Source: Mycolicibacterium smegmatis (lineage in GTDB: Bacteria; Actinomycetota; Actinomycetes; Mycobacteriales; Mycobacteriaceae). From it: a DNA stretch of 32,000 bases. The translations under genes and the position numbers were made by a program. Below are positions 18,751 to 26,382 of the stretch, in pieces. Location: assembly GCF_001457595.1 (NCBI RefSeq), contig NZ_LN831039.1, positions 1,440,001 to 1,472,000 on the forward strand, read 5' to 3'. How positions within the stretch are numbered: position 1 is the stretch's first letter; the number at the start of each line of letters is the position of its first letter. Below the pieces are notes generated by a model that was not told the DNA's origin, did no database searches, and saw nothing but the letters and a program-made list of their open reading frames with translations.

Positions 18751-18858
18751 CGCGGTCTGGGGAGGTGGGGTATTCATGAAAAGTGCGATATCACCGGTGA
18801 TATCGCACTTCTTACGCAAGCACATAACGCTCACAGGTGCTGAAGTGACGGTTGTGAC
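18751..18858. repeat. Repeat module copy 1 (about 108 bp) containing a 30-bp perfect palindrome at 18781-18810
   Basis: It begins CGCGGTCTGGGGAGGTGGGGTATTCATGAAAAGTGCGATATCACCGGTGATATCGCACTTC. A 23-nt variable segment follows, and it ends CAGGTGCTGAAGTGACGGTTGTGAC. A 34-nt run (18778-18811) is identical to 21737-21770. The module starts 6 nt after the zinc-ribbon ORF stop. Confidence 0.85.
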
Positions 18859-18900
18859 GACCACTCCGACTTGTCACCACGTCTGAGTAGCGTCCGCGAC

Positions 18901-20020
18901 ATGAGTGACAAACGGAGAGCGCGCCGGGCGAAACAGGCCCGCCGCGATGCGCGACGAGCGAAGAAGCGGGATGCGGGGACGGTTCTCACGTCGGAACTGA
19001 TCGACATCATTCGCGGCACTTTGGCAGGTCATCCTGTCGAGCTGCTCTGCGTGGCCAGTCGCCTGGCGGAGGCCTACGAAGGTGACTCGCTCAGCGCGGA
19101 CACGAGTGTCGGCGAGATGTTCAACATGATGCTCACGGCGCGGGACAGGGAGACGTTGTCGCTGCTCGCAGTGCTCGCCGAGCTTCTCGTCGACAAACCC
19201 GAGATCCAGCGTCGATGTCGACAGGTGGTGGAGGAGCGAGGTCGCGGCTTGCCGCGATGGATCGCCGCACTCCCACAGATCGAGGTGCACCGGGCCGTGC
19301 GGGGCACGCACTTACTTGGTGACTTCGAGGAGATCCTGCTCGGTGCCCGTATCGACGGGACCCACGACTTGGCGGTCTCGGTCCACATCGATCACAACGC
19401 GTTGTCGAGCGTCATCGATGGGTCTGCTGTGCCTCTGTCGATCGACGAGGTGCTTGCCAAGGTAACCAAATCTGCCCGAGAGACGGAGATCTCCGAGATG
19501 AGCCTGGCAGATGCGCGAGCGTGGATCGAACGCGGGCTGGCCAGAAAAACGTGGGTTCGACAGGGGGAGAACGGGATACTCGACCGCCCCTTGCTTCGCT
19601 GGCTGGTGCAGCGGCTGCCGGACGGCGGCAAGTGCACAAGACCACACCTCGGTTCGATCAGTGTCGGGGAATTGTGTGACCAATTCTATTCCACAGAACC
19701 ATCTGCACCCTTCGGCAGCACTGAGCACCGTCTGCTGCTGTCGGAGGTCCTCCTTTGCAGCGTCGATCCGTTGCCGGTGGAGTCCCAGTCGCGTCGAACA
19801 GGTTCTGAGAGACGACAACACCTACGACGAATATCCGCTTGAAGTCGCGTTGGATCTCCCCGATCTGTTGCGTGTGTACATTCCGTTCGCACACGCGCAG
19901 CGCGGCATTCGCGACGAACTCACGTCACGAACCATCGCGACGCTTGATGGATTCGAACCCGAATACATAGATGAGGTGTTGCGACGAGCCGAGTGGTGGG
20001 ATGTCGATGACGCGGTCTAG
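18901..20020 (+). pseudogene. Protein of unknown function (about 373 aa) with a +1 frameshift near 19774
   Basis: Track ORF 18871..19842 is plausible up to ...LLCSVDPL. Track ORF 19511..20020 then continues with a plausible sequence (RWSPSRVEQVLRDDNTYDEYPLEVALDLPDLLRVYIPFAHAQRG...). The total length of 1120 nt is 3n+1, and the frames join at the CC at 19774-19775. The N-terminus is highly basic (MSDKRRARRAKQARRDARRAKKRD). The region looks more AT-rich than its neighbours. Confidence 0.6.
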
Positions 20021-21715
20021 CCCAGATTTTTCGCGGATTATCTCTGGTGAGGGCGTGTAGATAAGCGAAAGTGCCTGTCCTGCAAGGGATAATTGGACTT
20101 CTCTAGGGTTCAACCATCCTGACGGGAAGGCACTTCGCAGGTGAAGAGTATCGCGGCCGCATCGCGGGTGAAAGTGTCAGCCGACGGCCACGGGGTCGTG
20201 TCGCACGCCGGGATGGGCCTACTGCGGGAACTGGCCGACCGGACCGGCCTATCAGCGCAGGTCACCGGCGCTTTGGCCGACACCTACCGCGGGCCGTGGA
20301 CCTACGCACCCGGCGAGGTGTTCGCCGATCTGGCCGCGGCGGTCGCCGACGGCGCGGACTGCATTGACGGGGTCGGCCAACTGTGCGGCGACCGTGAGCA
20401 CGCGTTCGGCGCGAAAGCCTCCACGACCACGATGTGGCGGCTGGTCGATGAGCGCATCGACGCCGCACACCTGCCTGCGGTGCGCGCGGCCCGCGCCAGC
20501 GCGCGGGCGGCGGCCTGGGCCGCCGGTGCGGCCCCCGAACCGGGTGGCTGGCTGCACATCGACATCGACGCCACCGTGGTGATCGATCACTCCGACAACA
20601 AACACGGCGCGACGCCGACCTGGAAGAAAACGTTCGGACACCATCCGCTGCTGGCGTTCCTGGACCGCCCCGAGATCGCCGGCGGGGAAGCCCTGGCCGG
20701 GCTGCTGCGCAGCGGCAACGCGGGCTCCAACACCGCCAGCGACCACATCATCGTCCTGGCCCAGGCGCTGGCAGCGCTGCCCGCGCCGTGGCGGCCCGAC
20801 TCGAGTCGTGGCGGTGATCCCGACCGGCCCCAGGTGCTGGTGCGTTGCGACACCGCCGGAGCCACCCACCGATTCGCCGACGCCTGCCGCGAGCAGGGAG
20901 TCGGATTCTCCTTCGGCTACCCCGTCGACGCCCGCGTCCAGGACGCCGCCGACACCCTCAACCTTGCCGAGGGCTGGTACCCGGCCATCGACACCGACGG
21001 CGGCATCCGTGACGGCGCCTGGGTCGCCGAGGCCACCACCTTGGTCAACCTCAACAGCTGGCCGCCGGGCACCCGGCTGATCCTGCGCAAGGAGAGACCG
21101 CATCCCGGCGCCCAGCTGCGGTTCACCGACACCGACGGAATGCGCGTCACCGCGTTCATCACCGACACACCCACCGGTGTCGTGGCCGGCCAAGTCGCCG
21201 GCCTGGAGTTGCGGCACCGCCAGCACGCCCGCGTCGAGGACCGCATCCGCGAACTCAAGAACACCGGCCTACGCAACCTGCCGTGTCACGGCTTCTGGGC
21301 CAACGCCGCCTGGCTCGAGATCGTCCTGGCCGCCACCGACCTGGTCACCTGGGCACGGCTCATCGGATTCACCAGTGATCCGACGCTGGCCCGCGCCGAG
21401 ATCGCCACGTTCCGCTACCGCGTGCTGCACGTCGCAGCCCGCATCACCCGCGGCGCCCGCCAACTCCGGCTGCGCATCGACGCCACCTGGCGCTGGGCAT
21501 CGGCGATCGCCACCGCCTGGCAACACCTGCGCACCGCCTTCGGATAACAGCCGGCCTCCCGACCGATCGATCACGAAAGACCTACCGGCCATGGGAAAGC
21601 CCGCCCCACCCGGCGACACGGGACCACCCCAGCATGCCTTGTGACCGCAGACGTCACCCGACCAACCATCACGCCCTACAAATCCACCGCCATCACCATC
21701 GACGAAAAATCCGGG
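20021..21715 (+). mobile_element. IS1380-family insertion sequence (about 1.7 kb) flanked by a 4-bp CTAG target duplication
   Basis: The terminal inverted repeats are CCCAGATTTTTCG (20021-20033) and, as the reverse complement of 21703-21715, CCCGGATTTTTCG; 12 of 13 positions match. CTAG is present at 20017-20020 and 21716-21719. The element holds a single transposase ORF. Confidence 0.85.
20141..21547 (+). CDS. IS1380-family DDE transposase
   Basis: 468 aa with a GTG start. The N-terminus VSADGHGVVSHAGMGLLRELADRTGLS is typical of actinobacterial IS1380-family transposases, as are HIDIDATVV, the length and the C-terminal region. Family assignment is by recollection. Confidence 0.85.
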   Translation: MKSIAAASRVKVSADGHGVVSHAGMGLLRELADRTGLSAQVTGALADTYRGPWTYAPGEVFADLAAAVADGADCIDGVGQLCGDREHAFGAKASTTTMWRLVDERIDAAHLPAVRAARASARAAAWAAGAAPEPGGWLHIDIDATVVIDHSDNKHGATPTWKKTFGHHPLLAFLDRPEIAGGEALAGLLRSGNAGSNTASDHIIVLAQALAALPAPWRPDSSRGGDPDRPQVLVRCDTAGATHRFADACREQGVGFSFGYPVDARVQDAADTLNLAEGWYPAIDTDGGIRDGAWVAEATTLVNLNSWPPGTRLILRKERPHPGAQLRFTDTDGMRVTAFITDTPTGVVAGQVAGLELRHRQHARVEDRIRELKNTGLRNLPCHGFWANAAWLEIVLAATDLVTWARLIGFTSDPTLARAEIATFRYRVLHVAARITRGARQLRLRIDATWRWASAIATAWQHLRTAFG

Positions 21716-21719
21716 CTAG

Positions 21720-21818
21720 AGAAGTGGGGTACTCACGAAAAGTGCGATATCACCGGTGATATCGCACTTCGAACTCATACACACCAATCCCGCCAGGTGC
21801 GGAAGTGACGGATGTGAC
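21720..21818. repeat. Repeat module copy 2, with the 30-bp palindrome at 21740-21769; its first about 10 bp lie at 20011-20020 on the other side of the IS
   Basis: After removing the IS and one CTAG it reads CGCGGTCTAGAGAAGTGGGGTACTCACGAAAAGTGCGATATCACCGGTGATATCGCACTTC, then 24 variable nt, then CAGGTGCGGAAGTGACGGATGTGAC. There are about 5 mismatches in the first 61 nt and 2 in the last 25 compared with copy 1. Confidence 0.85.
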
Positions 21819-21838
21819 CAGCGGTCGCCGACGGACGG

Positions 21839-22672
21839 TTACCGCGCCACCAACCGATCCAGCGCCGACTGGCTGACGTCATCGGCCGCGCGGCCGATCA
21901 TCAACCGCTGATCAGTTTCCTGCATCGGCATGAACACCTCGAAATGCATGGCGATCTCGCCGGCCTGAGGATGCCGGATCACCTTCTGACCGCGTCCGCC
22001 TCCACTGACGTCCTGGGCCGCCCATAAACGAGCGAACTCGTTGTGCGCACTGGTCAATTCGCCGATGAGATCGGTCAACATCCGATCCTCCGGATGCGCG
22101 GCCCACGCGCCACGAAGATTGGCGATCGCGTCCCGCACGACGCGGTCCCGATCCACATAGAACGCGCTGACTTCTGGATGCATCAAACACACCCACATCG
22201 CGTTGCGTTGTACCGGGGGAAGCTCACCGAAATCGGTGAGCAGTCGCGCCATCTCCGGGTTCCAGGCCAGGATGTCGAACCGGTGATTCATCAGCATCGC
22301 GGGCAGTGGTGACAGGTCGCTCACCATCCGGGCGAGCGGTGGCGCCGCCGTCGTCGCCGGCTTGTCGGCCCCGCGCGGCCGCTGCCGGGCCAGGTCGTAC
22401 AGATAGGCCCGCTCGGCCGGGCTGAGCCGCAGCGCGCCGGCGAGGGCCTCGACCACCTCCGCCGAGGGCCGCAGGCCACGGCCTTGCTCCAATCGCACGA
22501 TGTAGTCGGTGCTGACCCCGGCGATCTCGGCGACCTCCTCGCGGCGCAGGCCCGGGGTACGCCGGATCGCTCGACGCATGGGCAGGCCGAGGTCCTGCGG
22601 GTTCAGGCGTTCGCGTCGGCTCCGCAGGAATGCGGCCAGTTCGTGCGTCGCATCCACGACAGAGGTCACCAT
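21839..22672 (-). CDS. MmyB-like XRE-family HTH transcriptional regulator
   Basis: 277 aa. LAAFLRSRRERLNPQDLGLPMRRAIRRTPGLRREEVAEIAGVSTDYIVRLEQGR is the MmyB-type N-terminus. The gene is divergent from an aldo/keto reductase, a common pairing for this family. Confidence 0.85.
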   Translation of the reverse strand: MVTSVVDATHELAAFLRSRRERLNPQDLGLPMRRAIRRTPGLRREEVAEIAGVSTDYIVRLEQGRGLRPSAEVVEALAGALRLSPAERAYLYDLARQRPRGADKPATTAAPPLARMVSDLSPLPAMLMNHRFDILAWNPEMARLLTDFGELPPVQRNAMWVCLMHPEVSAFYVDRDRVVRDAIANLRGAWAAHPEDRMLTDLIGELTSAHNEFARLWAAQDVSGGGRGQKVIRHPQAGEIAMHFEVFMPMQETDQRLMIGRAADDVSQSALDRLVAR

Positions 22673-22787
22673 GAACCCTGCAACCGCTTCGGTAGGACTC
22701 CTGTTCCCAGGATGTCTCTTCCCTTACCCCCGGCGCGCGCGAAGGCCAGCCTGAGGGGGACGACACATCACGAGCACAGGAGGACAC

Positions 22788-23831
22788 ATGGCGCTCACAC
22801 TCGACACCTACCGGATGCTGGGACGCTCCGGATTACGGGTCTCACCGCTGGCCCTGGGTTCCGCGACCTTCGGTACCGATTGGGGCTGGGGCGCCGAACG
22901 CGACGACGCCCGCAAACTGCTCGACCTCTACGTCGAGCGCGGCGGCAACTTCATCGACACCGCCAACACCTACACCGACGGCAGCTCCGAACGGCTGCTC
23001 GGCGAGTTCACGCAGGGTAACCGCGAAAGCCTTGTGCTGGCCACCAAATACACCACGCAACGTCGACCGGGCGACCCGAACTCCGCAGGCGCCTCGCGCA
23101 AGAGCCTGGTCGCGTCGGTCGACGCGAGCCTGCGGCAACTGCGCACCGATTACCTCGACCTGCTCTTCCTGCACGTGTGGGATTTCGCGACACCCGTAGA
23201 GGAGATCCTGCGGGGTATGGACGACCTGGTGCGGCAGGGCAAGATCCTCTACGTCGGTATCTCCAACGCCCCGGCCTGGCAGGTGTCACGGATGCAGGCG
23301 ATCGCCGACCTGCGCGGCTGGTCACCGCTGGTCGCGCTGCAGATCGAGTACAACCTCATCGAACGCACCGGGGAACGCGACCTGATACCGATGGCACGTG
23401 AGATGGGGCTGGGGGTGACGCCGTACTCGCCGCTGGGCGGTGGCGTGCTCACCGGAAAGTACCGCCGCGACGACCTCACGGCGAGCCACCTCGCGTCCGA
23501 AGGCAGCACCCGGGGAAGCTTCAACGCCGCCCTGGGCACCGTCACCGAACGCAACATTTCCATTGCCGACGTGCTGAAAGACGTTGCGGCGGAACTGGGC
23601 TGCACGTCCGCTCAGGCCGGCCTGGCCTGGATGCTGCAGAACCCGGACATCACGGCGCCGGTCATCGGCGCCCGCACACCCGCCCAACTGGAGGAAAACC
23701 TCGGCGCGCTCGACATCGACCTGGCCGAAGACCACCTCGCGCGCCTCGACGAGGCCAGCGCGATCGACCTCGGCTATCCCCATCAGATGCTCGCCAGTGA
23801 CCACATCCGGAATGTGACAGGGGGATCGTGA
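22788..23831 (+). CDS. Aldo/keto reductase
   Basis: 347 aa. LGRSGLRVSPLALGSATFG, GGNFIDTANTYTDGSSE and ILYVGISNAPAW match the AKR family. AGGAGGA lies upstream of the ATG. Confidence 0.9.
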   Translation: MALTLDTYRMLGRSGLRVSPLALGSATFGTDWGWGAERDDARKLLDLYVERGGNFIDTANTYTDGSSERLLGEFTQGNRESLVLATKYTTQRRPGDPNSAGASRKSLVASVDASLRQLRTDYLDLLFLHVWDFATPVEEILRGMDDLVRQGKILYVGISNAPAWQVSRMQAIADLRGWSPLVALQIEYNLIERTGERDLIPMAREMGLGVTPYSPLGGGVLTGKYRRDDLTASHLASEGSTRGSFNAALGTVTERNISIADVLKDVAAELGCTSAQAGLAWMLQNPDITAPVIGARTPAQLEENLGALDIDLAEDHLARLDEASAIDLGYPHQMLASDHIRNVTGGS

Positions 23832-23840
23832 GGTTGCGCG

Positions 23841-24449
23841 TCAACTCTTCCGGTAACGCACCGCGTCGTTCACCAGGGTCACCAACGCCTTGCGCCGCAC
23901 CTCGGGGCCCTCGCCGGCCACAGTGGTGCCGAGCATGAGATCGATGGCGGCAGGGACCGCAAGCCACCACGCGGCCATCGATCGGGCCACGTAGAGCAGA
24001 TATGCCGGTGCGACGTCGTCGCGGAGCGTCTTGTCGGCTTGCGCCAGGGCAACGACGCGGCGGTCACCGGCGTAATGCTCGGCCCGCTCGTCGCGCGCCG
24101 CAGGTGGGTTGCCGTCCAACGGATTACGGTCGAGACCCTCCCACAGCAGCAACCGCAGATAGTGCGGGTACTCGCGGTGGTAGTCGTAGATGCGCCCGGA
24201 GAACTCACCGAGATCATGTGCCAGTTCTGGCGTGAGCGGGACGGCGGCGGCGAGCTTGATCATCTCCTGTTCGAGCACGGCGCTGAACAGGTTCTGCTTG
24301 CTCCCGAAGTACTGATAGATGCGTTCCTTGTTGACGCCGGCCCGCGAAGCGACGCGGTCGACGCGGGCGCCCAGCGGACCGTGCTCGCTGAACTCGTGCA
24401 CGGCGGCGTCCAGCAGCTTCTGCTTGGTGCGCGCGGTGTCCCAGGCCAT
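23841..24449 (-). CDS. TetR-family transcriptional regulator
   Basis: 202 aa. [47 protein letters not shown] is a canonical TetR_N HTH. Confidence 0.9.
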   Translation of the reverse strand: MAWDTARTKQKLLDAAVHEFSEHGPLGARVDRVASRAGVNKERIYQYFGSKQNLFSAVLEQEMIKLAAAVPLTPELAHDLGEFSGRIYDYHREYPHYLRLLLWEGLDRNPLDGNPPAARDERAEHYAGDRRVVALAQADKTLRDDVAPAYLLYVARSMAAWWLAVPAAIDLMLGTTVAGEGPEVRRKALVTLVNDAVRYRKS

Positions 24450-24461
24450 GCGCGCAGTCTA

Positions 24462-24491
24462 ACAGTTCCCAACTGGTCAGTTGGGAACTGT
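24462..24491. promoter_or_regulatory. Candidate TetR operator: ACAGTTCCCAACT-GGTC-AGTTGGGAACTGT
   Basis: Perfect 13-bp arms with a 4-bp spacer, lying 13 nt upstream of the tetR start and downstream of the ALDH stop. The same core recurs upstream of the first gene of the operon. Confidence 0.5.
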
Positions 24492-24512
24492 GAGAGCTGC
24501 GCACCGCCTGAA

Positions 24513-26037
24513 TCAGAAGAAGCCCTTCGCAGCGGTCGCGTAACTGGTCAGGACACACTTGGTCTGCTGGTAGTGCTCGAGCATCATCTTGTGGTTCTCG
24601 CGACCGATGCCGGACTGCTTGTACCCGCCGAACGCCGCGTGCGCCGGGGTAGTTGTGATAGTCGTTGACGAAGATCCGGCCGGCCTGGATGTCCCGGCTC
24701 GCGCGATAGGCGACCGTGCCGTTTCTGGTCCACACCCCACCCGCCAGGCCGTACAGCGAGTCGTTGGCGATCTTGATGGCGTCGGCATATTGGTCGAACG
24801 ACGTCGCACACACCACCGGACCGAAGATCTCCTCCTGGAACACCCGCATCGAGTTCGACCCCTCGATGATGGTGGGCTCGATGTAGTACCCGCCCGCGAT
24901 GTCGGCCTCCATGGTGGCGGCGTGCCCGCCCTTACGGATCACGGCCCCTTCGTTTTTGGCGATCTCGAAGTACTGCAGGATCTTCTCGAACTGCGTGCGT
25001 GACGCCTGGGCCCCGATCATCGTGGCGGTGTCCAGCGGGTTGCCCTGGACGATCTTGCCGACCCGCGCCACCGCCCGTTGGAGGAACTCGTCGTAGATGT
25101 CGGCCTGGATCAAAGCACGCGACGGACAGGTGCAGGTTTCGCCCTGGTTGAGGGCGAACATGGTGAAGCCCTCCAGCGTGCGGTCGTAGAAGTCGTCGTT
25201 CGCGTCGGCGACGTCGGCGAAGAAGATGTTGGGGCTCTTGCCGCCCAACTCCAGCGTCACGGGAATCAGGTTCTGCGAGGCGTATTGCATGATCGCGCGG
25301 CCGGTGCTGGTCTCACCGGTGAACGACACCTTGGCGATGCGGGGACTACCGGCGAGCGGCTTGCCGGCTTCGAGGCCGAATCCCGTGACCACATTGATCA
25401 CACCCGCGGGCACCACGTCGGCGATCAGTTCGAGCAGCACGTGGATCGAGGCCGGTGTCTGCTCGGCGGGTTTGAGGACGACGGTGTTGCCGGCCGCAAG
25501 TGCCGGTGCGAGCTTCCACATCGCCAGCAGCAGAGGGAAATTCCACGGGATGATCAATCCCACCACCCCGAACGGTTCGTGGAAGTGGTAGGCGACCGTG
25601 TCGTCATCGATCTGGGAGAGGCCGCCTTCCTGCGCGCGGATCGCCCCGGCGAAGTAGCGCAGGTGGTCGATGGCCAGGGGGAGGTCGGCCGCGAGGGTCT
25701 CACGCACGGGCTTGCCGTTGTCCCAGGATTCGGCAACGGCGAGTTTCTCCAGGTTGGCTTCCATCCGGTCGGCGATCTTCAGCAGCACCCCGGCCCGTTC
25801 GGACGGTGAGGTGCGGCCCCATGTGGTGGCGGCCGCTTCGGCGGCGTCGAGTGCGCGTTCGATGTCGTCGGCCGTGCCTCGTGCGGCCTCGGTGAACACG
25901 ACACCGTTGACCGGGGATTCGTTCTCGAAGTACTCGCCTTTGGCCGGCGCGACGAACTCTCCTCCGATGAAGTGCTCGTAGCGGTCGGCGAAGGTCACGA
26001 CACTTCCGGTGGTGCCGGGTGCGGAGTAGCGGGTCAT
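24513..26037 (-). pseudogene. NAD(P)-dependent aldehyde dehydrogenase, +1 frameshift in the G-run 24646-24649
   Basis: MTRYSAPGT...FTGETSTGR...[11 protein letters not shown]...EEIFGPV... reads through to ...VNDYHNYP in one frame. The canonical C-terminus [36 protein letters not shown] follows in another frame (track ORF 24513..24809). The 1525-nt length is 3n+1. The coding strand reads TACCCCGGCG where TACCCGGCG would restore the frame. Confidence 0.8.
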
Positions 26038-26045
26038 GGGATCGC

Positions 26046-26349
26046 TCACCGCCGACCGGTCTGGATGAAGTTGGTGGCGCCTCCCGTGGCGAACTCGGCG
26101 ACATCCGCGGCGGTCGCCTGGCCCTGGGGGCTCGACATGCCGGCGCGCAGATCGTCGAGGCTGTCGAAAGTCACTTCCGCGGCGAGGTAATAAGGGGCGG
26201 CGGTGTCGTCGACGCTCGCGACGTGACCGTAGGTGATGTCCACGACGCCTGGGATCGTCTCGGCCAGCGGCATGTGGAACGGACGCGAAGTAATCGTCGA
26301 AGGATGCGGGATCGTTGGGGTGGCCGTACAAGACGACGAGTTTGACCAT
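26046..26349 (-). pseudogene. EthD-family protein, +1 frameshift near 26275-26280
   Basis: [24 protein letters not shown] is in one frame, with GAGGAAA upstream. [19 protein letters not shown]...[38 protein letters not shown] follows in another. The 304-nt length is 3n+1. The coding strand reads GTTCCACATG where GTTCACATG would restore the frame. Confidence 0.7.
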
Positions 26350-26382
26350 TGTTTCCTCTGAATGTGATTGCATGCGAGTGGA

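Noticed and set aside
18751-21818. Palindromic repeats as a CRISPR array or integron attC sites
   Set aside because: Only two copies exist, about 2.9 kb apart, so this is not a regularly spaced array. No cas or integron integrase gene is in the window. The cassette-like idea is kept only as a hypothesis within the repeat finding.
18751-21818. The roughly 110-bp direct repeats as a long target-site duplication generated by the IS
   Set aside because: The left copy is 1.2 kb from the IS end. The copies differ completely in their central 23-24 nt. The IS has its own clean 4-bp CTAG duplication and sits inside copy 2.
24214-26373. A 719-aa minus-strand ORF that looks like one large gene
   Set aside because: It is a chimera created by two frameshifts. 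It joins the EthD N-terminus, an out-of-frame linker and the ALDH body, and then reads out of frame through the ALDH C-terminus and into the tetR region. I resolved it into EthD and ALDH pseudogenes.
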